A DNA stretch of 64,000 bases. It comes from Planctomycetota bacterium. Its GTDB lineage: Bacteria; Planctomycetota; Planctomycetia; JALXBF01. The notes beneath the pieces were generated by a model that did no database searches, had not been told where the DNA came from, and saw nothing but the letters and a program-made list of their open reading frames with translations. The stretch is from NCBI GenBank assembly GCA_026991575.1, contig JALXBF010000118.1, positions 62,001 through 126,000 on the forward strand. The letters are read 5' to 3'. Both the position numbers and the translations under genes were made by a program. Shown piece after piece: positions 59,201 through 64,000 of the stretch; positions within the stretch are counted from its first letter, which is position 1, and every line of letters starts with the position of its first letter.

Positions 59201-61735
59201 ATGGTCCGTCGTCTACTGATCGGTATCTGCCTTGGGCTTTGCCTGGCTGTGTCCGCGTTCGCGCAGCTGGCGCCCTTCAATGCCAAGCCCAGGTCGGTGC
59301 GCACGCGGACGTTTGACACCGAGCACCTGAAGCTCGAATTGCGGTTTGACTGGGACCGCCGCACCGTCACCGGTACCGCCACGCTCACGCTGACGCCGTT
59401 CCGAGAGCTGCATCAACTGGAACTGGACGCAGTCGAGTTACGAGTCGAGGACGTGTGGGTTGGAACGGGGCCGGATCGGCTCGCACGGAGCCGTTTTCAG
59501 CGTCGGCCCGGGCGGCTCGTCGTCCTGCCAGAGAAGCGGTTGCGGCCAGGGAAGAAATACTGGGTGAAGGTGCAGTACACGGTGGTGGAGCCACGCCGGG
59601 GGGTGCACTTCGTGGTTCCCGGCCCCAAAGAGCCCCACAAGCATCGGGTGGTGTGGACCCAGAATGAGCCGGAATTCGCACGGTACTGGATCCCTTGCTA
59701 TGACGCACCCAACGATCGCCTGACCAGTGAGACGCTGGTCACGGTGCCCAAAGAGATGTTTGTCCTGTCGAATGGCGTGCTTCGCGGGCGTTCCGAGAAT
59801 GATGACGGCACGGTGACCTGGCACTGGGTCCAGGAGCAAGACCACGTTGTTTACCTCGTATCCGTCGTCGCGGGCACGTTCGTGCCGTATGAGCAGAAGT
59901 GGCGCGACGTTCCGATCGTCTCGTATGTGCCGCCCGAGTACGTGCACCTGGCCGAGAACTCCTTCGTGCACACCCCTGCAATGATGGACCTGTTCTCGCG
60001 GCTGATCGGTGTGAAGTATCCGTGGCCGAAGTATGCACAGATTTGCTGCGACGAGTATGGCGGCGGCATGGAGCACACGTCGGCCACGACGCTCGCGCTC
60101 GACACGCTGCACGACGACCGCGCGCACCTGGACGTCAGCAGCGAAGGGCTGGTGGCCCACGAACTAGCCCACCAGTGGTGGGGCAATCTGCTGACGTGCA
60201 AGGACTGGGCTGAGATCTGGTTAAACGAGAGCTTCGCCACGTACTTCGCCACCCTTTGGACCGAACACCACAAGGGCTGGGACGAGGCGACCTGGGAGCG
60301 TTACCAGCATCAGCTGCGGTACCTGCGCGAGGCGCGGCGTTATCGCCGGCCAATTGTCACGTACCGTTACCCATCGCCGGGGGCCATGTTCGATGCCCAC
60401 AGCTATCCCAAGGGCGGACGCGTCCTGCACACACTGCGTTATGTCCTGGGAGACCGGCTGTTCTATCGGGCACTTCGCCACTACGCCCGCAAGAACGCGT
60501 TCCGGGTGGTCGAGACCGCGGACCTGCGTACGGCCATTGAGGAGGCCACCGGCTATGGCATGAACTGGTTCTTCGACCAGTGGATCTACGGTGCCGGGCA
60601 TCCGGTGTTTCGGGTTACCGGTTCCTGGGATGGCGACGCGGGCGCATTCAAACTAGTCGTCGAGCAGACGCAGGAGGGGGAGGCGGTCCCGGAGGTGTAC
60701 CGCACGCCGGTTGAGCTGACGGTGTTGTCAGAGAAGGGGGAGCCAGTTCTGACGCGGCGGCTTTGGATTGATGAGCGGCGGCAAGTTTTCGTGTTGCCGC
60801 TCAAGCACGCGCCGGCCTCCTGGTGCTTTGATGGTCCGGACTGGGTGCTGGAGGTACACGACATTCGCAGGAGCGACGCTGAGTGGCGTTTTCGCGCGTT
60901 GCGTGATCCCCACCTGCTGTGTCGCCTTGAGGCCGTGCAGAAGCTCGATCGCCGGGGCGTCCGTGAGCGGTTTGTCGCGACGCTGGCTAGGGTGGCCGAG
61001 CGCGACCCGTTTTGGGCCGTACGCGCGGAGGCAGCCCGCGTGCTCGGTCGCGCGGGCGGGCCGCAGGCCAAGGCAGCTCTCCTGCGCGTAGCACGTCGGG
61101 ATACGAAGTCGGCGGTGCGCACGGCCGCCCTGCAGGCTCTCGGTTCCTACCGGGGTAAGGATGTGGCGGACGCACTGGAGGCGGCTGCGCGCACGGACAG
61201 ATCCTACTTCGCCGTTGCTGCCGCCCTGCGCAGCCTCACCCGCGTTGCCCCGGATCGGGCACGCCCGCTGCTGAAGCAGGCACTCCACCAACCCAGCTAC
61301 CGCGAAATCCTGCTGCGCGCTGCCGTGGACGGACTCGTCCAACTCGGTGATCGCTCCGTGACGGAGCGGATCAAGCAAATCCTCAAAGGACCGTCCACCG
61401 TACGGCAACGGCTGGCCGTGTACCGGGCTGCACTGCAGTTGGCAGAGGGCAAGGAACGCGAGCAGATCATCGACCTGCTCCTTGAAGACATGGACGATCC
61501 CAGACGGGGCATCCGTCAAAGCCTTGCCGCGATCCTGGGCGACAGCGGCAGCGCGCGGGCGCTGCAAGCACTACGCAAGATGCGTAGCCAGGAAGAGTGG
61601 GCCTGGGTTCGGCAGTCGCTGGATGATGCCATCGAGCGGCTGGAACAGAGCCTTCAACGGCAGCAGTCACTGGAGCGCCGCATCGAGCAGCTCGAACGGA
61701 AGATACGCCAGTTGGAGCAATCCAAGCCGAACTGA
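59201..61735 (+). CDS. M1 family aminopeptidase with HEAT repeats and C-terminal coiled coil
   Basis: GGMEH, HELAHQW...WLNESFA (HEXXH-18-E), SYPKGG; predicted signal peptide. Confidence 0.93.
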   Translation: MVRRLLIGICLGLCLAVSAFAQLAPFNAKPRSVRTRTFDTEHLKLELRFDWDRRTVTGTATLTLTPFRELHQLELDAVELRVEDVWVGTGPDRLARSRFQRRPGRLVVLPEKRLRPGKKYWVKVQYTVVEPRRGVHFVVPGPKEPHKHRVVWTQNEPEFARYWIPCYDAPNDRLTSETLVTVPKEMFVLSNGVLRGRSENDDGTVTWHWVQEQDHVVYLVSVVAGTFVPYEQKWRDVPIVSYVPPEYVHLAENSFVHTPAMMDLFSRLIGVKYPWPKYAQICCDEYGGGMEHTSATTLALDTLHDDRAHLDVSSEGLVAHELAHQWWGNLLTCKDWAEIWLNESFATYFATLWTEHHKGWDEATWERYQHQLRYLREARRYRRPIVTYRYPSPGAMFDAHSYPKGGRVLHTLRYVLGDRLFYRALRHYARKNAFRVVETADLRTAIEEATGYGMNWFFDQWIYGAGHPVFRVTGSWDGDAGAFKLVVEQTQEGEAVPEVYRTPVELTVLSEKGEPVLTRRLWIDERRQVFVLPLKHAPASWCFDGPDWVLEVHDIRRSDAEWRFRALRDPHLLCRLEAVQKLDRRGVRERFVATLARVAERDPFWAVRAEAARVLGRAGGPQAKAALLRVARRDTKSAVRTAALQALGSYRGKDVADALEAAARTDRSYFAVAAALRSLTRVAPDRARPLLKQALHQPSYREILLRAAVDGLVQLGDRSVTERIKQILKGPSTVRQRLAVYRAALQLAEGKEREQIIDLLLEDMDDPRRGIRQSLAAILGDSGSARALQALRKMRSQEEWAWVRQSLDDAIERLEQSLQRQQSLERRIEQLERKIRQLEQSKPN

Positions 61736-62014
61736 GCCTCCTACGGGCGATAGCGCCGCCCCACGCCGTACGGATCCGGTCAGGGGGGCCAGGTCGGCCG
61801 ATCCGCGCTCGCAGCCGGTCCTGGGGGCCGTGCGACGGCGTGGCCACGCCAAACGCTGACGGAACACGCCTGCGCGACGGCGTGCACGGCGGGACCGGGC
61901 AGGCTACCCGGCTGTCGATCGCCTAAGCTGCTGCCGGAACTCCCTCCCGTGTGTTCCGGAGCGGTGGCCTCCGTGACCGGTCCTGCTTTCCCTTGCCGCC
62001 GCGACGGATCGCGG

Positions 62015-63130
62015 TTAGTCGATCCAGTCCTGTTCTTTCAACTTGCGTGGCAGGTAGTCCGTGGTGAGGTAGCGGAAGTCCTTGTTGGCCAGCGCGTCCA
62101 GCTCGTACTTCAGACCCGTCTCCAGCATGTGCTTGATTTCGCGCTGCCATACCCTCTTAGAGAACCACGGGTACCTCAGCAGCTCCTTGGCACGGCGGAT
62201 GTCGCTGGGAGTCAGCTTGATGCCGACGTTTCGGGGGAGACCGTGCTTCTCCGGGTCGAAGCTACTGAGTCCTAGGAACTTCGCGTCCGGGATGGCCATT
62301 CGCTGGCTTTCGAACGCCAGGTTGATCGAACCCTGCTTGATGACCGAGTAGATGTAGTATCCCCAGGGATCGTTGTCGACCAACACGTAGATGGGCAGGC
62401 CGTATTCGTCGTGTAGCCGCCGGGCAAGCCGGCGGACACCCCGTGGTGGCTGGCCATTGCCGGTCATGAGGATACAGTTGTGCTTCTTCCAGAACTTGTC
62501 CTCCGACAGCCGGTTGAACTGCGTGCCCTTCTCGACGATGAGGACGAAATCGGCAGTGACTTTCTTGATGTCCAGTTCGCCTGGCTCGACGATCGACGGT
62601 ACGGTCTTGCCCGCCTTGCCCTGGCGGGTGCAGTCGATGACATCGCCGCCCTCGACAAAGACGATCGGGCCGACGATGGAACCGGATTCGGCCGCTCGTA
62701 CGTTGAGCTCCTCACGGAGGAGCGACAGGGTCACTTCCAGATCTTCGATTACCGTGTCAGACTCGTTTTGATCGTCAAACGTGTTCTCGTTCGTTCCGGG
62801 AATGGTGTGCTTGGTGCGGTAGTAGATCTCTCGCAAGGAGGTGCTGAAGTTTTCTGACTGCAGCACCTTCAGGGCATCGGCCACGAGGAGCGTTTGCATG
62901 AACTTCTTGGCCATGCCCAGGTTGAAGAAGGTGCGCTGCGTCTTGTTGTTGCCCATCTCGATCATGCCGCGCTTCTTGTTGAACGAGACGTTCGACAGGG
63001 CGCGGACCGGTACCTGGATGCACGGATCGCGCCCTTCGCGCGCGGCCTGGATCACGATGTCCGCCAGGCTCTCCAGAGCCTTCGCGACTTCTCTATTGGT
63101 CTTTCGCTTCCTACGTGTTACGGTTGCCAT
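62015..63130 (-). CDS. top6A: DNA topoisomerase VI subunit A
   Basis: Catalytic SLREIYY, FDDQNESD, TOPRIM IVEK and VDNDPWG, GQP, YELDAL. Confidence 0.95.
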   Translation of the reverse strand: MATVTRRKRKTNREVAKALESLADIVIQAAREGRDPCIQVPVRALSNVSFNKKRGMIEMGNNKTQRTFFNLGMAKKFMQTLLVADALKVLQSENFSTSLREIYYRTKHTIPGTNENTFDDQNESDTVIEDLEVTLSLLREELNVRAAESGSIVGPIVFVEGGDVIDCTRQGKAGKTVPSIVEPGELDIKKVTADFVLIVEKGTQFNRLSEDKFWKKHNCILMTGNGQPPRGVRRLARRLHDEYGLPIYVLVDNDPWGYYIYSVIKQGSINLAFESQRMAIPDAKFLGLSSFDPEKHGLPRNVGIKLTPSDIRRAKELLRYPWFSKRVWQREIKHMLETGLKYELDALANKDFRYLTTDYLPRKLKEQDWID

Positions 63131-63184
63131 TGCGCTCTTCCGTCACGTTTCGCCGGTGCCGTGCTTGGGGGGCTACCAGATGGG

Positions 63185-64000
63185 CTAACGCTTACGGGAG
63201 CGGACTTGCCGGGCCGCCGCCTGAGCGGCCAGTTCGTGGACGTCGCCCTTCAGTTGGCCGTCCTCGGTACGGATGACCGCGCCGGCCAGTTCCGGATCAT
63301 CCTCTGCAGCTTTGACTCGCTTCAGGATGCGGTCCGTTTCGATGCCGCCGGTGACCTCTTCGGCGATGCGGAGCAGCTGTTTCTTGAGCCGTTCTTTGCT
63401 GATCTTGCCGTCCTTGAGGCGGTAGCACGCCTCGGCCACTTCCTCGATGTAGCGCGCAAAGGTGAATCGGCGCTGCAGCTCGTTGCGTGCCTGCTGGCGC
63501 TTGCGCAACCAGATGGCTAGCTTCCGGCCGCATTCCTGCAGCGCCAGCCGGATCTCACGAACAATTTCGTCATATTCGGCGATTGCCTCTTTCGCTTCGT
63601 TCGTGAACGGCACCCAGACGCTGGCCATGTGGATGACGATGGTCATCGGTCCCTGGGGCAGGGCTCCTTTGGACTGGGACAGGCCGTAGTTGCGCCAGTT
63701 CGTGTTCAGCACGGCCTTGTAGGTTGCGCACGCGGACTGCTGGTAGATAAGCGGCACGCGGTTGGCGAAGCGAATCACCCGGGCCAGTTCGGTATTGTCC
63801 TTGCCCTTCTGTTCCCCCTCCGCCTGGGCCTCACCATTACCACCATTAGCTAGTTCCTCGGCCACCTTGCTCAGGCTCCCGCCGTCTCCTCTGCCATAGG
63901 CGATCGCGACCTCGATCTGGAACGGGTTGCCGCGGTAGACGGCTGGTGCCCGGGTTGTTGCCACGTAGAAGTCCGCCGGGATGGTCTTGACCAACCCGGA
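63185..64000 (-). CDS. top6B: DNA topoisomerase VI subunit B (C-terminal part, truncated by the window edge)
   Basis: YRGNPFQIE, RFANRVPL, WRNYGL, SVWVPFTNEAKEAIA. Frame is open to position 64000. Confidence 0.93.
   Translation of the reverse strand, partial: SGLVKTIPADFYVATTRAPAVYRGNPFQIEVAIAYGRGDGGSLSKVAEELANGGNGEAQAEGEQKGKDNTELARVIRFANRVPLIYQQSACATYKAVLNTNWRNYGLSQSKGALPQGPMTIVIHMASVWVPFTNEAKEAIAEYDEIVREIRLALQECGRKLAIWLRKRQQARNELQRRFTFARYIEEVAEACYRLKDGKISKERLKKQLLRIAEEVTGGIETDRILKRVKAAEDDPELAGAVIRTEDGQLKGDVHELAAQAAARQVRSRKR

Noticed and set aside
1..64000. tRNA (including tRNA-Sec), rRNA, selABD, transposase or integrase genes
   Set aside because: None recognised by eye. The Sec machinery, if present, must lie outside this window.

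Overview
GC-rich bacterial DNA, most likely from a member of the Planctomycetota. This is inferred from the gene set (PVC-type heme/HEAT dehydrogenase, DUF1080, PEP-CTERM protein, FHA-GAF sigma54 activator, bacterial topoisomerase VI), not from a marker gene. It is a core/metabolic region of about 45 genes: prkA(yeaG)-yeaH-spoVR plus a fourth gene, nucleotide-sugar and glycosyltransferase genes, hflX, clpX, an orphan ParA, a Wza/Wzc/Wzy-type exopolysaccharide cluster, an M1 aminopeptidase and top6B-top6A. I saw no rRNA, tRNA, CRISPR array or intact mobile element. The main result is two genes that the ORF track splits or misses because each has an in-frame TGA in a Cys-type redox motif. One is a secreted FG-GAP-repeat protein (9585-10889, minus strand, G-U-C). 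The other is an ArsC/Spx-like protein (42871-43221, plus strand, U-R-T-C). Both TGAs are followed 12-15 nt later by the same structure, a 7-bp stem with an AGUU(A/U) pentaloop, consistent with selenocysteine recoding by a shared SECIS. Secondary findings are a ~190-nt rod-like intergenic RNA candidate, a Walker-A-dead BY-kinase, a lectin-like PEP-CTERM protein and a possible c-di-GMP-I-like leader. All family assignments come from motif recognition by eye, not from database searches.
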